A DNA stretch of 64,000 nucleotides from Chloroflexota bacterium (GTDB taxonomy: Bacteria > Chloroflexota > UBA6077 > SHYK01). The stretch's first letter is position 1. Every line of letters starts with the position of its first letter. The notes under the pieces are model-generated. The model was not told where the DNA came from, ran no database searches, and was given only the letters and a program-made list of their open reading frames with translations. A program made the translations under genes and the position numbers. Positions 36,614 through 46,665 of this stretch are shown here, one piece after another. The DNA lies in NCBI GenBank assembly GCA_035652535.1, contig DASRDP010000013.1:6016-70015 (forward strand), in the 5' to 3' direction.

Positions 36614-37640
36614 CCGGGGCCATCCCGAACGCTTCCGCCACCAGCCGGTAGGAACGTTCGCGGTCGGCGAACGCGAAGCAGTTGGTGACGACCCCAATGT
36701 CGGTCGTTCCATAGCGCTCGGCGACGTCGAGGAGCTGGCGGCGAACCTGCTCGCCCGTGCCCTCGATGGTACCGCGGGCGGATTCTTCCATCGCCTGGCG
36801 CACTTCGTCCGGCAGCGGGTAGGCCGCGGCTTCCTCGGGCGGGAGCATCCCCCCGCGGATCCCGAGCATGCGCGCTGCTCGGGTGAATCGCCGGGTCCAC
36901 CCGATGAAGTGCGCCGCCTCTTCCGTGGGCGCGCACACGACGTGCACGGTGACGTTCAAGCGCGGCTGATCGCCGAACATGGTGGGTCGGAACTTCTCGC
37001 GGTACAGGGCCGCGACTCGCGGACCGATCGCCGCGGTGTGTCCGAAGAAGTCGGCGAATGCGAAGGGAAGGCCGAGCAACGCGGCGAGCTGAGCGCTGTA
37101 GTCGCTCGAGCCGAGAAGCCAAACCTCGGGGACCGAATCTGGCGTTCCGCCAGGCTGAACGCGGATCCTGGCGAACGGGTGCGCCGGATCCGCCACCCCG
37201 TGGAGAAAACCGAGCAGATCGGCCACCTGCTCGGGGAAGTACTGGATGTCGACCTGCGGACGTGGATACGACAGCGCCGCGGCCGTGAGCTGATCGCTTC
37301 CCGGCGCGCGCCCGATGCCCAGGTCAATCCGTCCGGGAAAAAGCGTCTCCAGCATGCGAAACTGCTCCGCGACCTTGAGGGCGGAATAGTGGGAGAGCAT
37401 GACTCCGCCGCTGCCGACGCGGATGCGGTGCGTGGCCGCGGCGATCTGGCCGACCAGGATCTCGGGGCTCGTGCCCGCGAATGCGCCGCTGTTGTGGTGC
37501 TCCGCGACCCAGTAGCGCGCGTAGCCCAGCTCGTCCGCCACCTGGGCCAGGCGAATGGTCTCGCGGAGGGCGTCCGCGGCCGTTCCGCCCTTGCGCACGG
37601 GCGACTGGTCGACCGCGCTCAGCGTGAGATCTCCAGTCAT
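36582..37640 (-). CDS. LLM-class (luciferase-like) FMN-dependent oxidoreductase
   Basis: TIM-barrel LLM motifs are present (YWVAEHH, LGIGRAPG). Confidence 0.8.
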   Translation of the reverse strand: MTGDLTLSAVDQSPVRKGGTAADALRETIRLAQVADELGYARYWVAEHHNSGAFAGTSPEILVGQIAAATHRIRVGSGGVMLSHYSALKVAEQFRMLETLFPGRIDLGIGRAPGSDQLTAAALSYPRPQVDIQYFPEQVADLLGFLHGVADPAHPFARIRVQPGGTPDSVPEVWLLGSSDYSAQLAALLGLPFAFADFFGHTAAIGPRVAALYREKFRPTMFGDQPRLNVTVHVVCAPTEEAAHFIGWTRRFTRAARMLGIRGGMLPPEEAAAYPLPDEVRQAMEESARGTIEGTGEQVRRQLLDVAERYGTTDIGVVTNCFAFADRERSYRLVAEAFGMAPASPTEAARRD

Positions 37641-37850
37641 GGCCGCCTCGATCCGACGCTGCTCATTGACGTTCCAAAGGTAGCAGGTTCGCCTGCACGA
37701 GCCAAAGGGGATCGCGGGCACGATGGCGTCGGCCCTCGATGTCGTCGAGCGCGCGCACGCCGCTGCGCACTGCGATCAGGTCGGCCGTGAAGTAGGTGGG
37801 GAGGATCGGCAGCTCGCCAACCAACGTCGCGGCCCCGCCGCCACGCCGGG

Positions 37851-39608
37851 TCAGTCGCGGATCTCCCATTCGTGGATGTTCCACCCGACGTAGCCGGTTG
37901 AGTCGGGCGTTGTTGGGACGGGACCGGTCAGTCGAGCGAGGAACGGGGCCGGATTCAGGTTGTAGTACAGCATGATCGCTGGCAGCTCATCGCTCAGGAC
38001 GCGCGCCATGCTGGCGCGCTGCTGGATCCGCTCGGTCGGATCGAGCGTGGTATTGAAGCTCTCGACGAGCCGATCGTACTCGGGGTCGGACCATGCGCCG
38101 CGATTGATCCCGTTCCAGCGGTTCTCCGGCCGCGCGATCTGAGGCGTGGTGAAGGCCGCGGACATGGTGGTGTCGGTGGCGCTCTGCGCTGCCGTGCTGA
38201 TCGCGGGAAAGCTTGCGCGCTCCTGCGCGTCGAGGGCCAGCGCCGCGGCCAGGGTGCCTTCCTGTGCATCGAAGCCGGCTTGCCGCCATCCGCTGGCGGC
38301 GACCGACCGCTCGGTGTCGGACGTTCCACCGCCGGTCGACCGGACTTCCAGCACCAACCGAGCGCCGCTCGCGTCGGTATACACGCCATCGGGACCTTTG
38401 CGAAACCCGGCCTCGGTCATGAATCCGTCAGCCGCCGACAAACTGTACGGGTATTTTGTCACGGCTCCATCGATGGCCGGGTAATACTCGACGCGGGGCG
38501 AGAAAATAGAGTCGAGGAGAATCCCCTCGCCGCCCCAGAGGGCGTCGTTCAGGGCCGAGCGGTCCAGGGAGTGAATGAGCGCCTTTCGAACGCGAAGGTC
38601 CAGGAGAGCCGATGGGCTCACCAGCTCGGGGCGAAACTGGAACACGAAGTGGCGGATCGACGCCGCCGTCCACAGGAACGTGCCAGCGTGGCTCGACGCC
38701 CACTCGCGCTTCAACTCCAGGGCTTGCTCGAACGTGAGTGATCCCTCCGTTGCGAGATCCACGGTACCGGCGCGGACGTTGGCGACCGCGGCATTGGCAT
38801 CCGCGATGAACACGATGTGGATGCGATCGATCCGCGGCCGCCCGAGCACGTGCCCGTCGAAGGCGACGCCCTCGATGAATGATCCCTGCTCCCACCGGTC
38901 GAGACGAAATGGGCCGAGCCCGACAAACCCCACCGTCCAATACGCGTGATTGGCGAGCGTGGTCCACTGGCTGTCGGCGTACAGGTCGCCCAAGAGGTGC
39001 CTGGGGACGGGTGGGAGCCCCAGATTGGTCGAGCCGCCGACCTGAAGGACCCCCGCGCCCGGGTATGAGCGCTTCCACCGAATCACCAGCGTCGAATCGT
39101 CCGGCGCCTCCACATCTTCCATCGCGGAGATCGGCACGGTCGAGGCGGCCGCAAAGCCCAGCTCGGGGGTCGTGTACAGGCGATAGGCGAATACGAGGTC
39201 CGCGGCGCTGAAGGGCGCGCCGTCGTGCCAGACGACATTCGGCTTGAGACGATAGGTCGTCTGCATTCGCCCGTCCGGATACACAACCCACGAGTCCGTT
39301 CCGAGCTTCGGGAGGCTCTCGGCCAGATACGGATGCGCCGCCGCGCGATCGTCCACCAGCTCGAGAAATGCGTTGAAGGGCCGGACCGGAAACGCGGTGG
39401 AGAGTCCGCTTGCCGCGGGACTGAAGGCCGCGAGCGACGCTGGCTCCTTGTTGACAGAAACGACGAGCGTGTGCTGCGGGGGTGTCGTGGTGACCGGACC
39501 CGCGCCTTCCGGTCCTGGGGTTGCGGGACCTACCGTGCCGCAGCCAGCGAAAATCCCAAGAATCAGCGATGCGGCCAGACGACCCGGACACCCGCGCAGA
39601 GGACGCAA
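37851..39608 (-). CDS. ABC transporter substrate-binding lipoprotein, family 5 (third paralog)
   Basis: It is homologous along its length to the other two SBPs. A likely TTG start gives the signal peptide RPLRGCPGRLAASLILGIFAGCG. Confidence 0.8.
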   Translation of the reverse strand: MRPLRGCPGRLAASLILGIFAGCGTVGPATPGPEGAGPVTTTPPQHTLVVSVNKEPASLAAFSPAASGLSTAFPVRPFNAFLELVDDRAAAHPYLAESLPKLGTDSWVVYPDGRMQTTYRLKPNVVWHDGAPFSAADLVFAYRLYTTPELGFAAASTVPISAMEDVEAPDDSTLVIRWKRSYPGAGVLQVGGSTNLGLPPVPRHLLGDLYADSQWTTLANHAYWTVGFVGLGPFRLDRWEQGSFIEGVAFDGHVLGRPRIDRIHIVFIADANAAVANVRAGTVDLATEGSLTFEQALELKREWASSHAGTFLWTAASIRHFVFQFRPELVSPSALLDLRVRKALIHSLDRSALNDALWGGEGILLDSIFSPRVEYYPAIDGAVTKYPYSLSAADGFMTEAGFRKGPDGVYTDASGARLVLEVRSTGGGTSDTERSVAASGWRQAGFDAQEGTLAAALALDAQERASFPAISTAAQSATDTTMSAAFTTPQIARPENRWNGINRGAWSDPEYDRLVESFNTTLDPTERIQQRASMARVLSDELPAIMLYYNLNPAPFLARLTGPVPTTPDSTGYVGWNIHEWEIRD

Positions 39609-39695
39609 TGCGATACCCCCGGGCGATGAGAGAATTGGACAGGGAACTATATCCCATCGGTCCGGCGCGTCGTCGCCGCCGCTTCCGCGCCCTGC

Positions 39696-39701
39696 TATAA
39701 T
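39696..39701 (+). promoter_or_regulatory. putative -10 box TATAAT upstream of the coxM-like gene
   Basis: A perfect TATAAT lies about 60 bp upstream of the coxM start in the divergent intergenic region. The -35 is poor. Confidence 0.3.
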
Positions 39702-39762
39702 GCCCGCGCCTTCGCGCCAGCGCCCTTCCCCAAGCCCGTGCCTCGGGCCATCTGGAGCAGCA

Positions 39763-40647
39763 ATGAAGCCTGCCCGATTCGAATACCACGCACCCGAGTC
39801 GGTAGACCAAGCCCTCGGCCTCCTCAACGATCTCCGCGAGGACGACGTGAAGATCCTGGCGGGTGGCCAAAGCCTCATGCCGCTGCTCAACATGCGCCTC
39901 GCCCGGCCGCGTCACCTCGTCGACATCAACGGCCTCCGAGAGCTGGCGTACGTGAAGGCGGACACGGCGGGCGGGCTCGCTATCGGCGCCATGACCCGCC
40001 ACCGTGCCCTTGAGCGCTCGCCCGACGTGGCGCGCGCGGCGCCCCTCCTGGCCGAGGCAGTTCCGCTGATCGGCGATCGACAGATTCGATTTCGCGGGAC
40101 GATCGGCGGCAGCCTCGCCCACGCCGATCCCGTTGCCGAGATCCCCACCGTGGCCGCCGCGCTCGATGCTGAGCTGGTACTCGCAAGCGCGCACAGGAGG
40201 AGGACCGTTCAAGCCGTGGACTTCCCTCTCGGCGTCCTGACGACCGTTTTGGAGCCGAACGAGATGGTCATCGAGATACGAATTCCTCCTCCGTCGCCGG
40301 GCACCGGATTCGCCTTCCTCGAGCTGACTCGACAGCACGGCGCATTTGCCATCGTATCGGCTGCCGTTGCGCTGACCCTCGAACGCCGCACGATTGCGGC
40401 CAGCCGGATCTGTTTGGGCGGCATCGCGCCGACGCCGCTGCGCGCGTCAAGGGCGGAGACGCTCCTCGTTGGGGCGCAGCCATCTGCCTCGCTCTTCGCC
40501 GAGGCCGGGCGGCTGGCGGCGGCCGACAGTGACCCCGAGGGGGACGTGCATGGAAGTGCCGCGTACCGTCGCGAGATGGCGGAGGTTTTTACGCGTCGGG
40601 CGCTCCATCTCGCCCGCGATCGAGCCCAGGGTGGAGGCGTTCGATGA
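39763..40647 (+). CDS. molybdo-hydroxylase FAD-binding (medium) subunit, CoxM/CutB-like
   Basis: It carries the FAD-binding motif ILAGGQSLMPLLNMRLARP and a C-terminal CO-dehydrogenase flavoprotein domain. Confidence 0.85.
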   Translation: MKPARFEYHAPESVDQALGLLNDLREDDVKILAGGQSLMPLLNMRLARPRHLVDINGLRELAYVKADTAGGLAIGAMTRHRALERSPDVARAAPLLAEAVPLIGDRQIRFRGTIGGSLAHADPVAEIPTVAAALDAELVLASAHRRRTVQAVDFPLGVLTTVLEPNEMVIEIRIPPPSPGTGFAFLELTRQHGAFAIVSAAVALTLERRTIAASRICLGGIAPTPLRASRAETLLVGAQPSASLFAEAGRLAAADSDPEGDVHGSAAYRREMAEVFTRRALHLARDRAQGGGVR

Positions 40648-41159
40648 CCCAGCTCGTGACGTCGGTCCCGCGTGTGCCCGTGCAGCTTCGGGTCAACGGG
40701 CTCCTATACGAACGGATCGTCGAGCCGCGAAAGCTGCTCTCCGATTTCATCCGCCAGGATATCGGGCTTACCGGCACCCACGTTGGGTGCGAGCACGGCG
40801 TCTGCGGCGCATGCACCGTGGTGGTGAACGGCGAGCCCATCAAGTCGTGCCTCATGCTCGCGGTCCAGGCCCGCGGGGCGGAGATCCTGACCGTCGAGGG
40901 CTTGGCGAGGGGCGGAAAGCTCCATCCCGTTCAGGAGGCCTTTCACGAGCACCACGGTCTCCAGTGCGGGTTCTGCACGCCGGGGATGCTCCTCGCGGCG
41001 GTAACGCTCCTCGAGGAGAACCCGGACCCGACCGACGAGGAGATCAAGCTCGGGATGGACGGCAACCTTTGCCGCTGCACCGGCTACTACAACATCGTCG
41101 ACGCCATCCGGGCGGCAGCGAAAGCGCTGCGGTCAACCACCTCGCCCCCCGCGCGCTAG
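40644..41159 (+). CDS. molybdo-hydroxylase (2Fe-2S) small subunit, CoxS/CutC-like
   Basis: It has the plant-type motif CEHGVCGACTV and a second cluster C..C...CGFCTPGM. It overlaps the previous gene as ATGA. Confidence 0.9.
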   Translation: MTQLVTSVPRVPVQLRVNGLLYERIVEPRKLLSDFIRQDIGLTGTHVGCEHGVCGACTVVVNGEPIKSCLMLAVQARGAEILTVEGLARGGKLHPVQEAFHEHHGLQCGFCTPGMLLAAVTLLEENPDPTDEEIKLGMDGNLCRCTGYYNIVDAIRAAAKALRSTTSPPAR

Positions 41160-41401
41160 CGTCGCGGCCGGCCCGATAACGTCGCCGGGGATGCCCGCGA
41201 TCCCGCGCTTCGACCCGCACTCCCACGAAGTGCTCGATCTCCGAGTCATCGCGCGACGGTGATCGGTGGGTCGGCGTACTCGGTCCAACTCACCGGAGGG
41301 ACGATCCGAATCACCGACGGCGCCTTCGGCTTCTCATCGCCTGGCGTTGGGTCCGGGAGCCCCGTAGAATGCGACAGTTGGAGCCAGCGAAGGAGCGACA
41401 G

Positions 41402-42808
41402 GTGAAGGACTTCCGCACCTTTCTCATCGACTACGAAGAGGCGTTCCCGGACCAGGTCATCCACATTCACCAGGAAGTGAGCGCGCAGTGGGAGGCCGCG
41501 GCCATCGCGGTGAAGACGCAGAAAGAGATGCGGGAGCCTCCCGTCCTCGTCTTTCACAAGGTCCGCACTGTCGACGGGGCGCTCTCGCCGTGGCCGGTGG
41601 TCATGAACGTGTTCGCCACCCGAAAGCGATGCGCGTACGCGGTCGGGCTGGACTGCGAGCGGCTTGGGCGCGAGATGCACGAACGGCGCGAGGAACGAGT
41701 CAAGCCCATCGTGGTCAGCCGAGAAGATGCACCGGTGAAGGAGGTTGTGAAGACCGGCGAAGCCATCAACGTGCGCGAGCTGCCGGGGCTCGTTCACGCC
41801 GGATGGGACCCGGGCCCGTACATTCCCATGGGCTTCCTCACGACCTACGATCCGGACTCTGGCATCGACAACTGCGCGCTCCAACGGGGCTGGCTCTACG
41901 GCCCACAGGAGATCCGAGTCTTCCCCAACGCCTCGAGCCACAACGCGATGAACCTGAAAAAGTACGAGGACCGGGGTGAGGACATGCGGGTGGCCTACTG
42001 GATCGGCCACCATCCGGCTATGTATCTCGGGGCAGGCGTCAAGCTCCGCTATCCCGAGAGTCACTGGGACGCGACCGGCGGGCTCATCGGCGAGCCTCTC
42101 CGCCTCGTACCGTCAGAGACGCTGGGCGACGATTTCCTCGTGCCCGCCGACGCTGAGTTCGTGATCGAGGGAGTCATCCCGCGCGGCGAACGGCGGCCTG
42201 AGGGACCGTTCGGCGAGTACACCCGGTACTACGGCGGCCAGCGCCTCAACCCCTATATGAGAGTCACCTGCGTGACGCATCGGCGGAACCCGCACTGGTT
42301 CTCAGAGATCATCGGCGGCATGGACGAGGGCGCCGGGCTCGGCGCGCTCCGCCGCGAGGGCGCCGTTTATGAAGTCGTGAGCCGCTGCGTTCCGCAGGTG
42401 CTCAACGTGTATCGCCCGCCTTCGTCGCCGCCGCACATGTACGTCCAAATGCGCAAGACCCACGATTCGCAGCCCCGCTCGGCCATCCTGGCCACCCTCG
42501 CGGCGGCAAACGGGTCGATCAAGCACGTATTCGTGTTCGACGAAGACGTCGACATCTTCGACGAGCAAGAGGTGCTCTGGGCAATCGGCAGCCGCACCGA
42601 TTGGTCGCGCGACGTCATCGTCGTACCGACCATGCCAGCCACGTCCCTCGACCCCACCGCGACCGGCTACGCGACCGGCACCAGCGCGGGGCTCGACTGC
42701 ACCAAACCGTGCGCGCCGGCCGTTTACGAGCAGCGAGCGTTCGTGCCGCCCGAGGTTATGAACCGCGTCAACCTGGCAGACTTCCTGCCGCCGGCCGCCC
42801 GCCGATAG
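41402..42808 (+). CDS. UbiD-family (prFMN-dependent) aromatic acid decarboxylase
   Basis: The UbiD N-terminus (KDFRTFL...) is present. A GTG start is preceded by AAGGAG, and the product is about 470 aa. Confidence 0.8.
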   Translation: MKDFRTFLIDYEEAFPDQVIHIHQEVSAQWEAAAIAVKTQKEMREPPVLVFHKVRTVDGALSPWPVVMNVFATRKRCAYAVGLDCERLGREMHERREERVKPIVVSREDAPVKEVVKTGEAINVRELPGLVHAGWDPGPYIPMGFLTTYDPDSGIDNCALQRGWLYGPQEIRVFPNASSHNAMNLKKYEDRGEDMRVAYWIGHHPAMYLGAGVKLRYPESHWDATGGLIGEPLRLVPSETLGDDFLVPADAEFVIEGVIPRGERRPEGPFGEYTRYYGGQRLNPYMRVTCVTHRRNPHWFSEIIGGMDEGAGLGALRREGAVYEVVSRCVPQVLNVYRPPSSPPHMYVQMRKTHDSQPRSAILATLAAANGSIKHVFVFDEDVDIFDEQEVLWAIGSRTDWSRDVIVVPTMPATSLDPTATGYATGTSAGLDCTKPCAPAVYEQRAFVPPEVMNRVNLADFLPPAARR

Positions 42809-42895
42809 CAGGCGGCGCTCGCCACTGTCATACTGAAGGGACAAGCCCATCCGTTCCGACGCCTTGCCGCCAAGACGGATGGGGCGGAGAAGGAT

Positions 42896-45454
42896 ATGGC
42901 GATTGGCAACAAGAAGGATTTTCGCCTGGCCAAGGACGTGCGCCCGTCGCACTACGCGCTCCACTTCGAGCTGGACCTCGAAACCTGGGATGTGAGCGGG
43001 CGCGAGCAGATCGACCTCGTCCTCGACCGCCCGTCCCATTCGGTCACGCTCCACAGCGATGGCCTCGACATCACCGCCGTTCGCCTGGCGGGCGGACCCG
43101 ACTGGACCGGCGTCGAGTACGACGCCGAGGCCGAGACAGCGACCTTGCGCTTCGCCGATGAGATTTCCGCGGGCGAGCATGCCCTCGCCATCGAGTGGCG
43201 AGGCGAGATCCGGGACGCGCTGCGCGGCCTTTACCGCGCGACCCACGGTGGTCAGCGCTACGCGTCGACCCAGTTCGAGCCCACGGACGCGCGGCGGGCC
43301 TTTCCCTGCTTCGACGAGCCCGAGTTCAAGGCCCGGTTCACCCTGGAGCTGGTGCACGATCCAGCCCTCACGGCCGTCGCCAACGCGCCGATCCAGCGCT
43401 CCGAACGGCTCCCGGACGGTCGCCAGCTCACCTGCTTCGCGCCGCTGCCGAAGATCTCGACCTATCTCGTCGCCTTCACCGTTGGCCCCTATGCCAGCAC
43501 CGACGAGGCGCGCACGCGCACCGGGCTGCCGGTACGCGTGTGGCTGCCGCCAGGGCTCGTGGACAAAGGCACGTACGCCCGCGACAGCCACGTCCGGTCC
43601 GTCCAGTGGCTGGAGGAGTACACCGACATCCCCTACCCGTATCAAAAGCTAGACGCCATCGGGGTTCCCGATTTCGAGGCCGGCGCGATGGAGAACCCCG
43701 GCGCGATCACCTATCGCACGCAGCTCCTCGCGGCAGACCCATCGACGGCATCGACAGCGGCGTTGAAGCGGACGTTCAGCGTCATCTCCCACGAGCTGAC
43801 CCACATGTGGTGGGGGGATTTGGTGACGATGGCGTGGTGGAACGATCTCTGGTTGAACGAATCGTTCGCGTCGTTCGTGGGTGAAAAGACCACGGCGGCC
43901 CTGAACCCAGACTGGGGGTACGGCCGCGACATCGCTGCCGAGGCCACGCCGGCGTACAACCTCGACCAGCTCGTATCGACCCACCCGATCTCGATGGAAG
44001 TCCGCAATGCCGAAGAGGCTGCCCAGCGGTTCGATGCCATCACCTACCTCAAGGGTCAGGCCGTGCTGCGCATGATCGAGAGCTTCATCGGCGAGGAAGC
44101 CTTCCGCGACGGCGTACGCGCGTACCTCCGCCGCCACGCCGAGTCGAACGCCACGGCCGACGACTTCTGGCGAGCGCTGGACGAAGCCTCAGGCCGCGAC
44201 GTCTCGGCTATCGCCAACGCGTGGATCCGCGAGCCGGGCCACCCGCTGGTCTCGTGCACCGTGCAAGCAAGTGGGGATGGGCTGGACGTCGCGCTCCACC
44301 AAACGCGGTTCTTCGCCGATCCGGCGGCGCAGCCCACAACGCAGCGGTGGCTCGTCCCCGTCGTCTTCAAATATGGGACGCGCGATGGGATTCACGAACA
44401 CCGGATCCTCATGGACGGCGAGCGTGCGCGCGTGCAGCTTCCCGGCGCGACCTGGTACCACCCGAACGCCGGCGCCCGTGGCTTCTATCGCTACGCCATG
44501 GACGACCGGTCGCTCGAGCTGCTCGCCGGCTCGATTCGCCAGCTCGACGCGGGGGAGCGGCTGATGCTGGTCGACAACCAATGGGCCCTCACCCGCGCCG
44601 GCAAGGCGCCCTTGCGCCAGCTTTTCGGGCTCTTCGAGGCGCTGCGAGGCGAGGAGGATCGCGCGGTGCTCGACGCCATCGCCGGCCCCATCGGCTGGCT
44701 CTTCACCCACGCGGTCGACGACCAGGACCGCCCCGCCTTCCAGCGCTTCGTACGAGGGTTTTTCACCCCCGTTTTCGAAGCGCTGGGATGGGACCCGCGG
44801 CCGTCGGACACCACGGAAGATCGCGAGAAGCGCGCCTCGGCCATCAGCATGCTTGGCCGTGTCGCGGGCGACGCCGAAGTCCTCGCGGAGGCTCGTCGAC
44901 GCGTAGATGCCCACCTGGACGGTCGCTCGCGGCTCGACCCTGACGTCGCCGCGGCGGCCATTCGCGTTGCCGCGGCGGGTGGCGACGCCAGCCTGTACGA
45001 GCGGTTCGTCGAGCGGATGCGCACGTCCGCCGCGTCCGACGCGCAGGAAGAGCAACGTTTCCGTGACGGCCTCACCGCGTTCGAGGCCCCGAGCATCGTC
45101 GCGCGCACGGCGGAGGGCTGCTTCACCGGGCTCATTCGCACGCAGGACCTGGGGCTCATGCTCGCGAGCCTCCTCGGGGCTCGGCACGCGCGGGCGACGG
45201 CGTGGCCCATCGTGCGAGACCGGTGGGACTCGGACATCGCCCCGCTCGAGGCGCTCCTGAAAGGGCGGATCATCAACGGCATCGCGCAGCTGACGCCGCG
45301 GCCGCTGGCGTCCGAAGCGGACGGGTTCCTCCGCGCGAAGGAGGCGTCCGACACCCACGAGATCACGCAGCAAGCGCTGGAGCGGCTGCGGCTGGACTCA
45401 GCGTCCGCGGAACGGCTCGCGGCGCAACTGGGCGAGGCTCTCGCGCGGCGTTAG
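42896..45454 (+). CDS. pepN: aminopeptidase N (M1 family metallopeptidase)
   Basis: It has the zinc motifs HELTHMWWGDLVT and WLNESFAS plus the GAMEN substrate motif (GAMENPG). Confidence 0.9.
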   Translation: MAIGNKKDFRLAKDVRPSHYALHFELDLETWDVSGREQIDLVLDRPSHSVTLHSDGLDITAVRLAGGPDWTGVEYDAEAETATLRFADEISAGEHALAIEWRGEIRDALRGLYRATHGGQRYASTQFEPTDARRAFPCFDEPEFKARFTLELVHDPALTAVANAPIQRSERLPDGRQLTCFAPLPKISTYLVAFTVGPYASTDEARTRTGLPVRVWLPPGLVDKGTYARDSHVRSVQWLEEYTDIPYPYQKLDAIGVPDFEAGAMENPGAITYRTQLLAADPSTASTAALKRTFSVISHELTHMWWGDLVTMAWWNDLWLNESFASFVGEKTTAALNPDWGYGRDIAAEATPAYNLDQLVSTHPISMEVRNAEEAAQRFDAITYLKGQAVLRMIESFIGEEAFRDGVRAYLRRHAESNATADDFWRALDEASGRDVSAIANAWIREPGHPLVSCTVQASGDGLDVALHQTRFFADPAAQPTTQRWLVPVVFKYGTRDGIHEHRILMDGERARVQLPGATWYHPNAGARGFYRYAMDDRSLELLAGSIRQLDAGERLMLVDNQWALTRAGKAPLRQLFGLFEALRGEEDRAVLDAIAGPIGWLFTHAVDDQDRPAFQRFVRGFFTPVFEALGWDPRPSDTTEDREKRASAISMLGRVAGDAEVLAEARRRVDAHLDGRSRLDPDVAAAAIRVAAAGGDASLYERFVERMRTSAASDAQEEQRFRDGLTAFEAPSIVARTAEGCFTGLIRTQDLGLMLASLLGARHARATAWPIVRDRWDSDIAPLEALLKGRIINGIAQLTPRPLASEADGFLRAKEASDTHEITQQALERLRLDSASAERLAAQLGEALARR

Positions 45455-45512
45455 CGGTTGGACCCCGGAGGCGATGAGCCTGCCGCCAGGGTGAATCCTG
45501 GTTCGCCAAGCG

Positions 45513-46664
45513 TCAGGTGGGAACGATTTCTGCCGTCGGATCCAGCGCGCCGACCACGTTGTACGCCGATACGCTCCGGTGAAAGCCCTTCAGCTCGAAG
45601 TCGCCCACATGCTCGCAGTTCACGAGCTGTTCCACGTCGGTGAGCACGCGCTGGGTGATCAGAATCTGCCCGGGGCCGGCCTCCGCGCAGAGGCGCGATG
45701 CCTGGTTCACCACTGAGCCGATAGCCGTGTAGTCGAAGCGGCCCTCGAAGCCCACCTTGCCCAGGGTGGCGTACCCCATGGCAATGCCCGCGCCGAAACC
45801 GAGATCGTATTCGCGCTTGTGCCACGAGGCCGCCAGCGCTTGCAGCTCCCGTCGCATTCCGACGGCCATACGAACGGCCCGCGCGGCGGGATCCGGACAG
45901 GGCACTGGATCGTTGAAGAACACCATCAGTCCATCGCCGGCGAAAAATCCCACCGTGCCCTCGAAGAGACGAACCTGCGCCCCCGCCGCCTCGTGGTATT
46001 CCCGCAGCACGGCCATCAGCTCCTCCGGCTCCGCGGTCTCGGAGAAGGCGGTGAACCCGCGCAGGTCCGCGAAGACGACGGCGATGTGCCGGCGATGGTC
46101 CTCCAAGAGCGATTGGTCATTCGCGCTCATGATCGCTTCGGCTAACGGTGGCGAGAGGAAGCGGCGAAGCTGATTCAGCCGCTCCAGCTCCGTGACTTGC
46201 TCGGTCACCCGCTGCTCCAGCGTTCGATTGATCTCGGCCAGCTCCAGGCTCTTCGCCTTGAGCTGGTCCTGATAGTCCTTGACCCGCAGCAACGAGCGGA
46301 CCCGGGCGAGCAGCTCGGCGCGGTTGAGGGGCTTGACGATGAAGTCATCCGCGCCGGCATCGATCGTGTTCAGCTTCTCCTGCTCGCCGCTGGCCGTGAT
46401 CATGATGACGGGAAGCAGACGGGTCGTCTCAGCACTGCGCAGCTTCCGACACAGGTCGTACCCGTCCATGATGGGCATGACGATGTCGGTGAGGACCAGG
46501 TCGGGCATATCGCTCGTGATACGGTCGAGCGCCTCTCGTCCGTTGGTCGCCGTCGAGATCGCGTAGCCGCGGGGCTCGAGAATCCCCTCCAGCATGCGGA
46601 TGTTGGCGGGAACGTCGTCGACGATGAGAATCTTCGCCCGAGGTGATTCCGTCTCGGCCATCAC
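45513..46664 (-). CDS. response regulator with class III adenylate/guanylate cyclase output domain
   Basis: An N-terminal REC domain (ILIVDDVPAN...DLVLTDIVMP) is followed by a coiled coil and a CYCc domain (VVFADLRGFT...). Confidence 0.85.
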   Translation of the reverse strand: MMAETESPRAKILIVDDVPANIRMLEGILEPRGYAISTATNGREALDRITSDMPDLVLTDIVMPIMDGYDLCRKLRSAETTRLLPVIMITASGEQEKLNTIDAGADDFIVKPLNRAELLARVRSLLRVKDYQDQLKAKSLELAEINRTLEQRVTEQVTELERLNQLRRFLSPPLAEAIMSANDQSLLEDHRRHIAVVFADLRGFTAFSETAEPEELMAVLREYHEAAGAQVRLFEGTVGFFAGDGLMVFFNDPVPCPDPAARAVRMAVGMRRELQALAASWHKREYDLGFGAGIAMGYATLGKVGFEGRFDYTAIGSVVNQASRLCAEAGPGQILITQRVLTDVEQLVNCEHVGDFELKGFHRSVSAYNVVGALDPTAEIVPT

Positions 46665-46665
46665 G

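Noticed and set aside
38428-40338. ORF 38428..40338 - (636 aa) bridging the SBP gene and the cox region
   Set aside because: It is in a wrong frame relative to the SBP and is Arg/Gly-rich. It crosses a divergent promoter region containing a TATAAT box.
42302-45373. Minus-strand ORFs 42302..43645 and 44189..45373 antisense to the UbiD and pepN genes
   Set aside because: There are no domain signatures. The plus-strand genes carry HEXXH/GAMEN and UbiD motifs.
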